Source of the DNA: Malacoraja senta
Lineage: Eukaryota
Length of the DNA: 37,715 nucleotides
Direction: 5' to 3'
Assembly (NCBI GenBank): GCA_038087875.1
Contig: JAXLNO010000381.1
Location: 1 to 37,715 of the forward strand
Shown here piece after piece: positions 21,553 to 33,349 of this stretch (its first letter is position 1; every line of letters starts with the position of its first letter). The translations under genes and the position numbers were made by a program. Below the pieces are notes generated by a model. It saw only the letters and a program-made list of their open reading frames with translations. It searched no databases and was not told where the DNA came from.

Positions 21553-22510
21553 AGTTTAGTTTGGAGACACAGCGCGTCAACATGCCCTTCGGCCCATCGA
21601 CTCTGCACCGACCAGCGATCCCCGCACATTAACACTATCCTGCACACACTAGGGACCAAGAGCGGAACTCGCTATCAAAACATGGAGGGGACGGGGGACA
21701 CAATTTCTTGGCGGCCGCGCGCGCATGCGCACACTCACACACACACACGCGCGCGAGGCTCAATCCAGCACTAAATGCAGCTCAACCCTGCCAGTCTCGC
21801 CTGGTCATGCCCTACAGCCCTGCCTGGACTGACGGGACACCAGCGCTGCTTCTCTGCGCTGGCCATATTTCCCGCAAGCCCAGGCAGGTTCACCTGGCGG
21901 GATAGGCAGAGTTGAGCTGGGTTTAGTGCTGCTTCTCTGCGCTGGCTGTGGGCCTGGGGGTACAGCTCGCGTCTGACTCCCGACCTCTCTGGCCACCCGT
22001 GGGGGGGCACCCGGGACAGCGCCGGAGACCCGGCCGGGATCGATCCTGCCTGCGGATGAGGCGGGGTCTGTGCCGCGTCTCCCTCCTCCAATCGCCGCGC
22101 TCTATCCTCAGTCCTACCCCCCCCCGCTCCTCCCTCCTCCAATCATCGCGCCCTCGATCATCAGTCCTACCTCCACTGTCTCGCGGAAAGCGGAGATTTT
22201 AAAATCGGGATCACAAAAACTTGGAGGGGATGTCCCCCACCACTCAGAACATGGGGGGGACGTGTCCCCTCTGGCCCCCCTCGGGTTTTCCGCCCCTGCT
22301 AGGGACAATTTACACACACAACAAGCCAATTAACCTACAAACCTGTACGTCTTTGGAGTGTGGGAGAAAACTGAAACACCCGGAGAAAACCCACGCAGTC
22401 ACGGGGAGAACGTACAAACTCCGTACAGACAGCACCCGTAGTCAGGATCGAACCTGGGTCTCTGGCGCTGTGAGGCAGCAACTCTACCGCTGCGCCACCG
22501 TGCCGCCCCC
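21553..22510 (-). mobile_element. HE1/V-SINE interrupted by a hAT element
   Basis: Tail at 21553; body and head at 22299-22510. Confidence 0.88.
21657..22298. mobile_element. Non-autonomous hAT DNA transposon, 642 bp
   Basis: Perfect 8-bp TSD CTAGGGAC (21649-21656 / 22299-22306). Imperfect TIR CAAGAGCGGAA / TTCCGCCCCTG; subterminal GGGGAC..GTCCCC motifs. Confidence 0.87.
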
Positions 22511-22554
22511 GATTACTATTTTTGATAAAGAAGGATCAGAAGGCAAAGCGTTTA

Positions 22555-22958
22555 TTCAAGGACCCTAGCAAGGACGCATTTGGAATATTGTGTCCAGTTT
22601 TGGTCGCCCTGCCAACGGAAAATATCATTCAGCTGGAAAGATGTCGGGGGAGTCCAGAACCAGGGGTCACACAGATTAGGAATAAGGGGTAGGCCATTTA
22701 GGGCTGAGATGAGGAGGAACTTTTTCAACCAGAGAGTTGTGAATCTGTGGAATTCTCTGCCGCAGAAGGCAGTGGAGGCCAATTCACTGGGAGTTTTCTA
22801 GAGAGAGTTAGATCTAGCTCTTAGGGCCAACGGAATCAAGGGATATGGGGAGCAAGCAGGAACGGGCTACTGATTTTGGATGATCAGCCATGATCATATT
22901 GAATGGCGGTGCTGACTCCAATGGCTCCTGCACCTATTTTCTATGTTTCTATGTTTCT
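22555..22958 (+). mobile_element. CR1 LINE 3' fragment, internally deleted
   Basis: LEYCVQFWSP joined to NFFNQRVVNLWNSLP; (CTATGTTT)n tail. Confidence 0.85.
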
Positions 22959-23211
22959 AAGATGTCTGATTTCTGGATTTCTGACAAGTGAAATCTTTCA
23001 CTTTACAAACACTGGCACTTCACAAACAGAAGAACAGGTAAATGTTTATATATGAAACCGCACCTGTCATTCCCACTGTAATGGAACTCGAGTCGTTCCC
23101 CTCTCCAGAGTGTCAATCCCTATACTTCACAACGATTATGACAGCTGCCAAACCCACAGTACGTGACTTGGAGAATAGATGATATGCCGGGTTATTTCAT
23201 TCGCAAGAGAG

Positions 23212-23385
23212 ATATTTTCAAGAGAGAGCTAGATAGGGCTCTTAACGATATTGGAGTCAGGGGATATGGGGAGAAGGCAGGAACGGGGTACTGATTGGGG
23301 ATGATCAGCCATGAACACATTGAATGGCGGTGCTGGCTCGAAGGGCCGAATGGCCTACTCCTGCACCTATTGTCTATTGTTTATG
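23212..23385 (+). mobile_element. CR1 LINE 3' end
   Basis: Same 3' UTR as 360-498, with a CTATTGT tail. Confidence 0.85.
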
Positions 23386-23399
23386 TCAATTCTCGTCCA

Positions 23400-23874
23400 T
23401 AGAAACAAGGCGAATGCTGGTTAATACACAAAATGACGCAAAGTGCTGGAGTGACTCAGGCAGCAACTCTGGAGGACATGGATAGGTGACGTTTCGGATC
23501 GAAACCCGACTTCAGTCTGAAGAAGGATGTCGACCTGAAATGTCACCGATCCGCATTGTCCGGAGATGTCCAGTTGAACCTGTCGAGTTACTCCAGCACT
23601 TTGTGTTAATTTGTGTTTTTACCAGCATCTGCAGTTCTTGTTTAAGAAAAAACTGCAGATGCTGGTAAAATCAAAGGTAGACGCAAAATGCAGGAGAAAC
23701 TCACCGGGTGAGGCAGCATCGATCGAGCGAAGGAATAGGTGACGTTTCGGGTCGAGACCTTTCTTCTCGAAGGAATAGGTAACGTTTCGGGTCGAGACCC
23801 TTCCGGGTCTCGACCCGAAACGTCACCTATTCCTTCGCTCCATCGATGCTGCCTCACCCGCTGAGTTTCTCCAG
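23400..23874. mobile_element. Two adjacent inverted pLTR pairs
   Basis: Pairs at about 23400-23640 and 23645-23874. Arms 23693-23759 and 23805-23872 are near-perfect reverse complements. Confidence 0.82.
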
Positions 23875-24588
23875 TCTAGTTTTAGTAAAAAAAAACACTT
23901 GCGCAACTAATCTTTATTTTGACAAAGCACAATTACAGTTCAACTACTATACCTAACCACCGCGGGTTCGATCCTCGTATCTGCCTGATCAAGCCCTCTA
24001 GGCCTCGCTCAGACAGAGACACTCCAGAAGTTCACGCAGTCCTAAGCGCTCTCCCAGAAAATCGACGCAAGACCTCGTGGCAGCGGACTTTTATAGGTCC
24101 CCAGACCTCGAGGGGCCGAACCACATGGGGGTGGTCTCTTTCCAATCCAATTACAGATATTGATTAACCCCATACATAACAGACATTTCCCTAACCCAAT
24201 AATACAGTGGCTAATACATTGTATAAGAAAGAAAGCTCTAGAAGGAAGCAAACAAGAACAAACATTGTAACATGTGCCCTGTGGTTCAGTTTCTCCAAGG
24301 CTCAACAGTTTGACCAATCATCGATTAACAGGATGACCGTCTTGCAATATTGCAGCGATCCAATCGAAATGATGCATTTAAGGTTTGTTTGCAAAACTGC
24401 TATACATGTTATCAATTTAAGAAAAACAGGGAGAACAATTGGATTCCTCACCATCCTGCATACCTGTCTGAGCCTAAACTGGCTGGCGCCAATCAAAGCC
24501 TGTAAAGTTCGGCTGACAAGGGTTAGCAATTCTGACAAGTGCAGGGATCCTCCATTTTATGGTGTCTTTAATTTAGCCAATATTAACA
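23875..24588 (-). promoter_or_regulatory. ERV 3' LTR (about 714 bp)
   Basis: Begins TG immediately after the PPT AAAACGGGGGAA (24589-24600). TATAAAA at 24089-24095, CCAAT repeats at 24142-24151, AATAAA at 23913-23918. The 3' end is inferred from the junction with the pLTR; the canonical CA is not intact. Confidence 0.78.
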
Positions 24589-25999
24589 TTCCCCCGTTTT
24601 ATCATTCATGATAACCCTCATCATAAATGATAATTCCCAAATACAATGAAAGACTGCTATACTTTAACAATGTTCTAACAAGAAGATGTTGATGTAGCTT
24701 CTCAGAATTTCATAGAGCTTCCCGCGTTTTCGTGGGCGTAGCTCCATGATTTCTGTCTGATGAGTCTTCCCCTCCCGAGTTTTCATGGGCGCGAATTCCC
24801 ATCCATCAAACTTGATAGTCCATTGGTCATTGATTCGTAATAGAGTGGAGAATTTCTAAGAAAACTTGGGAGGAAACAAGTTTTTTTTTTTTTTAATTTG
24901 TATTTTATTAGAAGTACATTACATTACAACCACATACATTAGTACTTGTCATTTATATCTTCTTACAATTAATGTACTCCATTTATTTTTTACACTAGAA
25001 AAGGAAAAGATTGAAAGAAAGAAGAAAGTGAAGGAAAAAGTGAAAGTGTAGGAAATGTGACAACAAAAAGGACGAAGACCCTATAAGAGCATAAAAGAAA
25101 AGGAGTTAAGAAATAGACCCTAGGAAAGAAAGAAAGAGAGAAAGAGGAAAAAGAGAGAAACAAATATTTTTATGAGCATTACGTAAATGGGACATACCAA
25201 CTCTTCAACTATCATCCCCCCTTACCTGACCTCAATTTTTTTTTTAAAGTACTTTTGCGCCCTATGTTTGTAATAATTCTATAAATGCAGACCACGTCAG
25301 GTGGAAATGATCTGGTTTACCTGCTAGGAGGAGTCTTATCTCTTCTAGGTGTAATGTTTCAAACATATTTGAAATCCACATATTTATAGTTGGTATTGGA
25401 GCCTTCTTCCAAAATTTTAGAATTAGCTTTTTTCCAGTTATTAACCCATAGTCCATTAGTTTCTTTTGAAACACATTTAGTTCTGGACCATCTTCCGTTA
25501 TACCGAAGATAATCCATTCTGCTTTGGGTATCAGTCTTGTTTTAAATAACTTTGTAAAGATTTCAAAAATTTAATTCCAAAATTTTTGAATTTTTGTACA
25601 AGAAACGAATGAGTGCGCTATAGTAGCTTCTTGGGATTGACATTCATCACAAATAGATGATACGTTTGGGAAAATTTTATGAATTTTAGTTTTTGAATAA
25701 TATAATCTATGTAAAATTTTAAATTGTATTAAAGTATGTCTTACATTAATCGAGCATTTATGCACGTTTAATAAGTATTCATTCCAACTTTCCTTTGAAA
25801 TTTTAATAGCTAACTCTTGTTCCCAGTCTCTTCTGATACCCTCCGTAGATGGTATTTGTGCATTTAAGATAATATTATACAAATATGATATTAAGTTTGC
25901 TGATTCCGCTTTTATCTGCATTGCCTCGTCCAGTACATCTGCTGGGTTATTATGATGATCTTTTGTATATTTTTTCAAATAGTTTTTCAAATAGTCGCA

Positions 26000-27730
26000 A
26001 TAGTCGGATATGGAATTATGTGAGGTAAGGGAAACGAGCAGAGTAGCAATGGAAACTGTGAGATTCAAAGAAGAGGAGGTGCGGACACTTTTGAAAAATA
26101 TGAAAACGGATAAGTCTCCAGGTCCTGACAGGATATTCCCTAGGACATTGAGGGAAGTTAGTGTAGAAATAGCAGGGGCTATGACAGAAATATTTCAAAT
26201 GTCATTAGAAACGGGAATAGTGCCGGAGGATTGGCGTACTGCGCATGTTGTTCCGTTGTTTAAAAAGGGTTCGAAGAGTAAACCTAGCAATTATAGACCT
26301 GTTAGTTTGACGTCAGTGGTGGGCAAATTAATGGAAAGGATACTTAAAGATAATATATATAAGCATCTGGATAAGCAGGGTCTGATTAGGAACAGTCAAC
26401 ATGGATTTGTGCCTGGAAGGTCATGCTTGACTAATCTTCTTGAATTTTTCGAAGAGGTTACTAGGGAAATTGATGAGGGTAAAGCAGTGGATGTTGTCTA
26501 TATGGACTTCAGTAAGGCCTTTGACAAGGTTCCTCATGGAAGGTTGGTTAAGAAGATTCAATTGTTGGGTATTAATGGTGGAGTAGCAAGATGGATTCAA
26601 CAGTGGCTGAATGGGAGATGCCAGAGAGTAATGGTGGATGGCTGTTTGTCAGGTTGGAGGCCGGTGACTAGTGGGGTGCCTCAGGGGTCTGTGTTGGGTC
26701 CACTGTTGTTTGTCATGTACATCAATGATCTGGATGAAGGTGTGGAAAATTGGATTAGTAAGTATGCAGATGATACTAAGATAGGTGGTGTTGTGGATAA
26801 TGAAGTAGATTTTCAAAGTCTACAGAGAGATTTAGGCCATTTGGAAGAGTGGGCTGAAAGATGGCAGATGGAGTTTAATGCTGACAAATGTGAGGTGCTA
26901 CATCTCGGCAGGACAAATCAAAATAGGACGTACACGGTAAATGGTAGCGAATTGAGGAATGCAGTTGAACAGAGGGATCTAGGAATAACTGTGCATAGTT
27001 CCCTGAAGGTGGAATCTCATGTAGATAGGGTGGTAAAGAAAGCTTTTGGTGTGCTGGCCTTTATAAATCAGAGCATTGAATATAGAAGTTGGGATGTAAT
27101 GTTAAAATTGTACAAGGCATTGGTGAGGCCAATTCTGGAGTATGGAGTACAATTTTGGTCGCCTAATTATAGGAAGGATGTCAACAAAATAGAGAGAGTA
27201 CAGAGGAGATTTACTAGAATGTTGCCTGGGTTTCAGCAACTAAGTTACAGAGAAAGGTTGAACAAGTTAGGTCTTTATTCTTTGGAGCGCAGAAGGTTAA
27301 GAGGGGACTTGATAGAGGTTTTTAAAATTATGAGCGGGTTAGACAGAGTGGACGTGGATAAGCTTTTCCCATTGAGAGTAGGGAAGATTCAAACAAGGGG
27401 ACATGACTTGAGAATTAAGGAACAGAAGTTTAGGGGGAACATTAGGGGGAACTTCTTTACTCAGAGAGTGGTAGCTGTGTGGAATGAGCTTCCAGTGGAA
27501 GTGGTGGAGGCAGGTTCGATGTTATCCTTTAAAAATAGATTGGATGGGTATATGGACAGGAAAGGAATGGAGGGTTATGGTCTGAGTGCAGGTAGATGGG
27601 ACTAGGGGGAAGTATTTTATTTTTAATTAAAAAAAAAAAAAAAAAAAGTAATGTTCGGCACGGACTTGAAGGGCCGAGATGGCCTGTTTCCGTGCTGTTA
27701 TGGTTATATGGTTATATGGTTATATGGTTA
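26000..27730 (+). mobile_element. CR1 LINE, 5'-truncated, young
   Basis: Uninterrupted RT ORF and a (TTATATGG)n tail at 27697-27730. Confidence 0.95.
26010..27605 (+). CDS. CR1 ORF2 reverse transcriptase domain (no APE endonuclease), 531 aa open
   Basis: KSPGPD, NYRPVSLTS, QHGF, DFSKAFD, GVPQGSVLGP, YADD, RDLG motifs. Confidence 0.9.
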   Translation: MELCEVRETSRVAMETVRFKEEEVRTLLKNMKTDKSPGPDRIFPRTLREVSVEIAGAMTEIFQMSLETGIVPEDWRTAHVVPLFKKGSKSKPSNYRPVSLTSVVGKLMERILKDNIYKHLDKQGLIRNSQHGFVPGRSCLTNLLEFFEEVTREIDEGKAVDVVYMDFSKAFDKVPHGRLVKKIQLLGINGGVARWIQQWLNGRCQRVMVDGCLSGWRPVTSGVPQGSVLGPLLFVMYINDLDEGVENWISKYADDTKIGGVVDNEVDFQSLQRDLGHLEEWAERWQMEFNADKCEVLHLGRTNQNRTYTVNGSELRNAVEQRDLGITVHSSLKVESHVDRVVKKAFGVLAFINQSIEYRSWDVMLKLYKALVRPILEYGVQFWSPNYRKDVNKIERVQRRFTRMLPGFQQLSYRERLNKLGLYSLERRRLRGDLIEVFKIMSGLDRVDVDKLFPLRVGKIQTRGHDLRIKEQKFRGNIRGNFFTQRVVAVWNELPVEVVEAGSMLSFKNRLDGYMDRKGMEGYGLSAGRWD

Positions 27731-29173
27731 TATTTGAAAATATTTAAAATATTGATTATTTCCGAGTTTATATTTTATTTGTAATTGTTGAAATGAAAGT
27801 AATTTTCCAGTTTCATACAAGTCACCAAGCGTTTTAATTCCTAATCTATCCCATTGTGTATAAGCTTTATCTATAATAGAAGGATTAAACGAAGGGTTAT
27901 TGACTATAGGTAATAAAAGTGATAAATTTCTTAATTTTAAATTTTGTTTTATTTGTTTCCAAATTCGGATTGTACTATGAATAATTGGGTTCTTATTATA
28001 ATTTATGTTATTCAATTTCATTGGAGAGAGGAGGATCGCTCCAATGTTTCTAGAGGAGCAATCCTCTTTCTCCATTACAATCCAGTCCGCTTGCTGGGCG
28101 GAGTTATCCATCAGTTGAATCATATTTTTAATATTTACTGACCAATAATAATACATAAAATTAGGTAGTGCTAAACCCCCTAATACTTTAGGTTTATTCA
28201 GATGAGTTTTTTGTATTCTATGTGATTTATACTCCCATATAAAATTAGTGATATCTGAGTCGAGTTTTTTAAAAAACTTCTTTGGTAAGTATATAGGAAT
28301 TGATTGAAATAGGTATAAAATTTGTGGTAAAAAGATCATTTTTATTGCGTTTATTCGGCCTATTAAAGACATCGGGAGCGTTTTCCAGAATTTAATTAGT
28401 GTGTTTAATTTATTAAGTAAGGGGTCAAAATTTGCCCTGAACATACCTTGATATGTTCTAGTAATTTCGATTCCCAAATATTTAAATTTTTCTGTAGCTA
28501 TTTTAAAAGGGAATTTTAAAAGATGTGATGAATCTTTCGGTTTTATTGACATAATTTCACTTTTATTCCAATTTATTCTATATCCAGAAAAAGATCCAAA
28601 ATCTTCAATTAAATTTAATATATTTGGTATAGTGATTTGAGGTTTTGTAATGTACAGTAATATATCATCCGCGTATAAAGATATTTTATTATATGAATCT
28701 TTAGTATTATATTCATGGGTATCAGGATGTATTCTAATTTTTTCTGCTAGCAGTTCAATAATGAGAGCAAACAGTTGTGGTGATAATGAGCATCCTTGTC
28801 TATTTCCCCTTGATAGTTGGAATTTCGAGGATAATATGTTATTAGTTAGTATTCTAGCTGTAGGTTTGTTATATAGTAACTTGATCCATAGAATAAAATT
28901 CTCCCCCAGTTGAAATTTTTGTAATACTTTGTCCATATAATTCCATTCTACTTGATCAAATGCTTTTTCAGCATCCAGCGAAATAATTGATAATTCTTGA
29001 TCTTCAGATTTGTGTGAGTGCATTATGTTGAGTAGACGTCTCATATTGTTAGATGAGTATCTCTTAGGGATAAACCCCGTCTGGTCTGGGTTTATTAATT
29101 TACTAATGTATTTACTTAATCTTCTAGCTAATGTTTTCGCTAATATTTTTTGATCTGTGTTTAACAATGCAAG

Positions 29174-31552
29174 TTAACAACTGATACCTTCACTAATACA
29201 TTTACAATGATGAAGATACACCCAGGCATTTCTTCCCTCTACTTTTACTGCTGTCTGAGTCATTAGAGGAACTTGGTAAGGTCCTTCCCAACGAACTTCG
29301 GATCCTTTCCTTACCCAATTCTTCACTAAAACATAGTCTCCAGGTTTTACTTTAATGGGAGTTACTAATGAAGGCATATCCTCATAGGCTGCTCTCACTC
29401 TACATTGTAAATCCCTTAAGGCTCTTGTCACGGCTAAGATATAGTCAGTCATCTCTGCAGTCATATGGTGGAAATTAACTATTTTCATTGCATTCTGGTT
29501 CCAAGGGGTTTTCAAGGGTCTAACGTAAATAATTTCAGCTGGGCTTAATCTAGATTTCCTTGCAGGCATGACTCTAATCTGAAATAGGGCTATTGGGAGT
29601 AATTTAATCCATCCAATTCCAGTCTCCGCCTTTATTTGGCTAATTTAGTTTTAAGGGTCTGGTTTGCCCTTTCTACAAGTCCAGCAGCATGTGGTCGATA
29701 AGCACAGTGTAATTGCTGCTGGATCCCCAGCTGTTCACAAAATTCTTTATTGATTTGTCCAATAAAGTCTGGACCATTATCTGACCTAAGTCGAATGGGA
29801 ATGCCGAATCTAGGGACAATTTCTCTTATTAGCACCTTGACAACATTAGCCAAGGGTTGGGTATGCTTCAATCCACCGGCAGAATACAGCGACCATGACA
29901 AGAACATATTTATATCCTTGGCATCTTTCTAATTCAATATAGTCCATTTGCAATGTCTCAAAAGGGCCCATAGGCAATGGTGTTTTCCCTCCTTCACATT
30001 CCTATTCCTTTCCCTGGATTGCATTGCTGGCAGACCAGGCAATTACTGCTTACCTTTTGAGAAAAAGATTGTAATTTTGGATGCCACCAAGTAGCTAATA
30101 GAGTGTCCCCTACTGCTCTTGCACCACAATAGTGCATACACTCAATAACCCATTCGGCCAATGAGTCTGTCATGCAAGTTTGTCCTGCTGGAATTGTCCA
30201 CTGCCCAGTCATACAATACAGTACTCATCCCAGTTGTCTCCATCTCTCCTTATCTCCTTCAGTCGCCTCTTCTTGTAATCTAACGATTTCTTGGATGGTT
30301 GGCATCAGTTTCTCCAAGGGGGACTTGTTAGTTACACTTTTAGTCTGCCTCATCATTCTAGGTACCACCACCTTACGTTCCCATGATACTTTTTTAGCTA
30401 CTAAATCGGCATTACGATTTCAAATGTCTACTGGGGTCTGTCCTTTAGTATGGGCGCTACATTGTATTACAGAGATTTGTCTGGGTAGCATTAAGGCCTT
30501 CAATAAATTTGGCACCAATTGTTTGTGTGATATTAGGGTTCCCGCAGAAGTTAGGAATCCCCGATTTTTCCATAATTGTCCAAAATCATGCACCACCCCA
30601 AATGCATATCGAGAATCAGTGTGAATATTTACTTTTAGATCTTCCCCAATAACACAAGCCTGAACTAAAGTGAATAATTCAGCTTGTTGTGCTGAATAGG
30701 GTGATTCAAAAACAGCTGCTTCCACAATTTCCGTCTTTTGATTAATAATTGCATTACCAGACAACCTCTCACCCCGCGGTTCAATGGATGCATTACCATC
30801 CACATATAATGTGATGTCAGGGTCTTCCATGGGTACATCCCTCAAGTCCTTCCTCACTGATGTTTCTTCCTCTATAACAAATAGACAGTCGTGTCCTGCT
30901 TCTGCTTGCTCTTCTGGGGGTGAAATAAGAAAAGAAGTCAAGTCAAGTCAAGTCACTTTTCTTGCTTTAAAAAAAAAAAAAAAAGAGGCTGGGTTAATCA
31001 ATGTACAGTGTTTGAACTGCAATTTCAGATTGTTCAACAGATAGATCTCATACTTATTTTGGGGGGCCATTGTCAAGTTTGAAGTTGCCCCAGCAATGCC
31101 AATACTGAATGTGAACTGTACACTACGATTTCCTGCTGGAGTGTCAAATTAGCAGCTGATTGTAAACTATTGTAGATTGCAGTTAAGATTTGAGTGCAAA
31201 GAGGATGTCCCCTAGCTACTGGATCTAATTTGGAGGAGTAATATGCAACTGGTCTAATGTCTATCCCCATGCTTTTGCGTTAGTACCGAAGTGGTAAGAT
31301 AGAATTGTACAATACAGCTGGAAAGGATGATCGTATAATGGGCTTCCCAATGCCGGGGCTTCCATCAATGATCTCTTTAAGTTCTCAAATGCCTCCTGTG
31401 CCTCCTTTGTTAATTTAAATTCGCCCTCCTTGCTGGTGTAAGGTGTTAACTCCTTGGTTTCTAGAGCTATATTTGGAATCCAGGGTCTGCAATAATTGAC
31501 CATGCCCAGCCATTGCCTCATTTGTCTGGCTTCTTTTGGGATTGGAAATTCG
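29174..31552 (-). pseudogene. pol: Retroviral pol remnant (RT connection, RNase H, integrase), frameshifted
   Basis: RQWLGMVNYCRPWIP; RPVAYYSSKLDPVARG; YVDG..SAQQAEL..TDSRYAFG; CLVCQQCN; PRFGIP..SDNGPDF..GLVERANQTLK; RWEGPYQV. Confidence 0.93.
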
Positions 31553-31579
31553 CAGACAGGTACATAGGGAGATACGCAG

Positions 31580-31680
31580 ATAGGGAGAAGGTACAAACTC
31601 CGTACAGACAGCACCCGTGGTCAGGATCGAACCCAGGTCTCTGGCGCTGTAAGGCAGCAACTCCACCCCTGCGCCACCCC
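31580..31680 (-). mobile_element. HE1/V-SINE 5' fragment at the ERV truncation point
   Basis: Reverse box B and the start of the V-domain. Confidence 0.8.
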
Positions 31681-32239
31681 CCTCCGCCCCCCTCCCCCAA
31701 ATGTTGTTGCATGTGAAATTGTGCATCCTTTGCAGTTTCCTGCATCAATGCAAGCGACAAAACTCTCAAATGATTAAAAAAGATTGCATTGAAGTTCCTG
31801 AATAAAGTTGCTTGATTTAAACTGAGAGTCGAGGCTAGCAGGGGGGTGAGGAATAAAACACGATAAATATCAAGTAACTATATAGTTGTTGTTTTTTAAG
31901 TACTGTCTGAAAATGTTGTTTGATTTTTCCCTCACATCAAAAGGCAGTGCTGTCTCTTTGAAGTGCCAGCTCGGTGGTGTTTAAGGTTCTACCTGAATGC
32001 AGAAATGCCAGGTTGCATGGAGTTCCATGTAGTTTGTGCTGAACACCAGATCAGACTTGGAGATAAAAGGCAAACACTGTGTTTGACAATCAATGTCTGG
32101 GAACCGTCTGAATGGAAATGGCAGGAAGTCTCTGTTGGGTAACTTCTTCCATCAGTTTAAATGCCTTGCCTCCGTCAGTACTGCAACAGGCTATGGGAAC
32201 CCGAACTAAATCAAGCTAAGGTGAATGAAGCCACACACT

Positions 32240-32660
32240 GGCGTAACTCGGCAGGTCAGGCAGCATCCCTGGAGAAAAGGAATAGGTGACGCTTCGGGTT
32301 CTGGCGGACACAAAATGTCGGAGTAACTCAGCGGGTCAGGCAGCATCCCTGGAGAAAAGGAAAAGTTCAGACGTTTTAGGAGCTGAATTAGGCCATTCGG
32401 CCCATCAAGTCTACTCCGCCATTCAATCGTGGCTGATCTATCTCTCCCTCCAAACCCCATTCTCCTGCCTTCTCCCCATAATCCCTGACACCCGTACTAA
32501 CTAATCAAGAATCTAGCCATCACTGGGTAACATTTTGGGTCAAGACCCTTCTTCAAACATCAACCATCCATGTTCTCCATAGATGCTGCCTGACCCGCTG
32601 AGTTACTCCAGCACTTTTGGGTCTATCGTCGGTATAAACCAGCATCTGCAGTTCCGTCCG
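32240..32660. mobile_element. pLTR units with an intervening CR1 3' end (-, about 32375-32515)
   Basis: Two tandem minus units, then the CR1 UTR, then a plus unit. Confidence 0.7.
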
Positions 32661-33117
32661 AACATGAATTAAAATACGTTTAATGGCACTTTAAGTGTCG
32701 CATGTACCGAGGTACAGTGGAATTAATCTTGTACAAGTGGCCGTATCCTATCCTTAAAACAATCGATATTAAGATGCTGACTTCTAAGGCCCACTTTAAT
32801 ATTTAATTGCGAATTTGCACATGAGCCTCCTCACGTATGCGACAATCAATGATGGTGATGGTACGTCAAGCTACAGATACAGAAACAGATATGTACTGTT
32901 GCGATGTGCAATGAAAAAATGCATACAGACGTTTCATTATGTAAGGAAGAAAGAGAATGATTTAAGGGCAAATATGTTGGTCAGTTTATTTTTCTCTTAA
33001 GAAACCCGACTTGTGGCAGTCACTGTTCAAATGATTTTGCATTCGGCTTCACCACATTGAAGCGTTCTCCAGCTATTAATCAGCCATTCCTGATATCTTG
33101 TTACTAATGAGGCAGCA

Positions 33118-33349
33118 GATTTAGTTTAGTATTGTTTAGAGATACAGCGCGGAAACAGGCTCTTCGGCCACCAGTTCCACACCGACCAGCGATCACCCCG
33201 TACACTAGCACTACCCGACGCACCAGGGACAATTTGCAGATGCTGATTACAAACCTGTACGTCTTTGGAGTGCGGGTGGAAAGGGGAGCGACCGGACAAA
33301 ACCCACGCAGGTCACGGGGAGAACGTACAAACTCCGTACAGACAGCACC
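33118..33349 (-). mobile_element. HE1/V-SINE lacking its head
   Basis: (TTTAG)n tail and V-domain; ends abruptly at the duplication boundary. Confidence 0.82.

Larger units (their letters stand above)
24883..29169 (-). mobile_element. L1-clade LINE, 5'-truncated in RT, split by a CR1
   Basis: ORF 27728-29167 has SLDAEKAFD, GNRQGCSLSP, LYADD, KYLGI. C-terminus at 25262-25999 (CDEC...HSFVSC). Poly(A) at 24883-24894; TSD CAAGTT (24877-24882 / 29170-29175). Confidence 0.93.
23875..31560 (-). mobile_element. Class I (gamma/epsilon-like) endogenous retrovirus, 5'-truncated, no env seen
   Basis: pol remnants (RT thumb/connection, RNase H, integrase), followed by PPT and a single LTR. Interrupted by an L1 at 24883-29169. 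Confidence 0.88.

Noticed and set aside
24042..24611. ORFs as ERV env or accessory genes
   Set aside because: They lie within the LTR (one is antisense) and show no furin site, immunosuppressive domain or transmembrane pattern.
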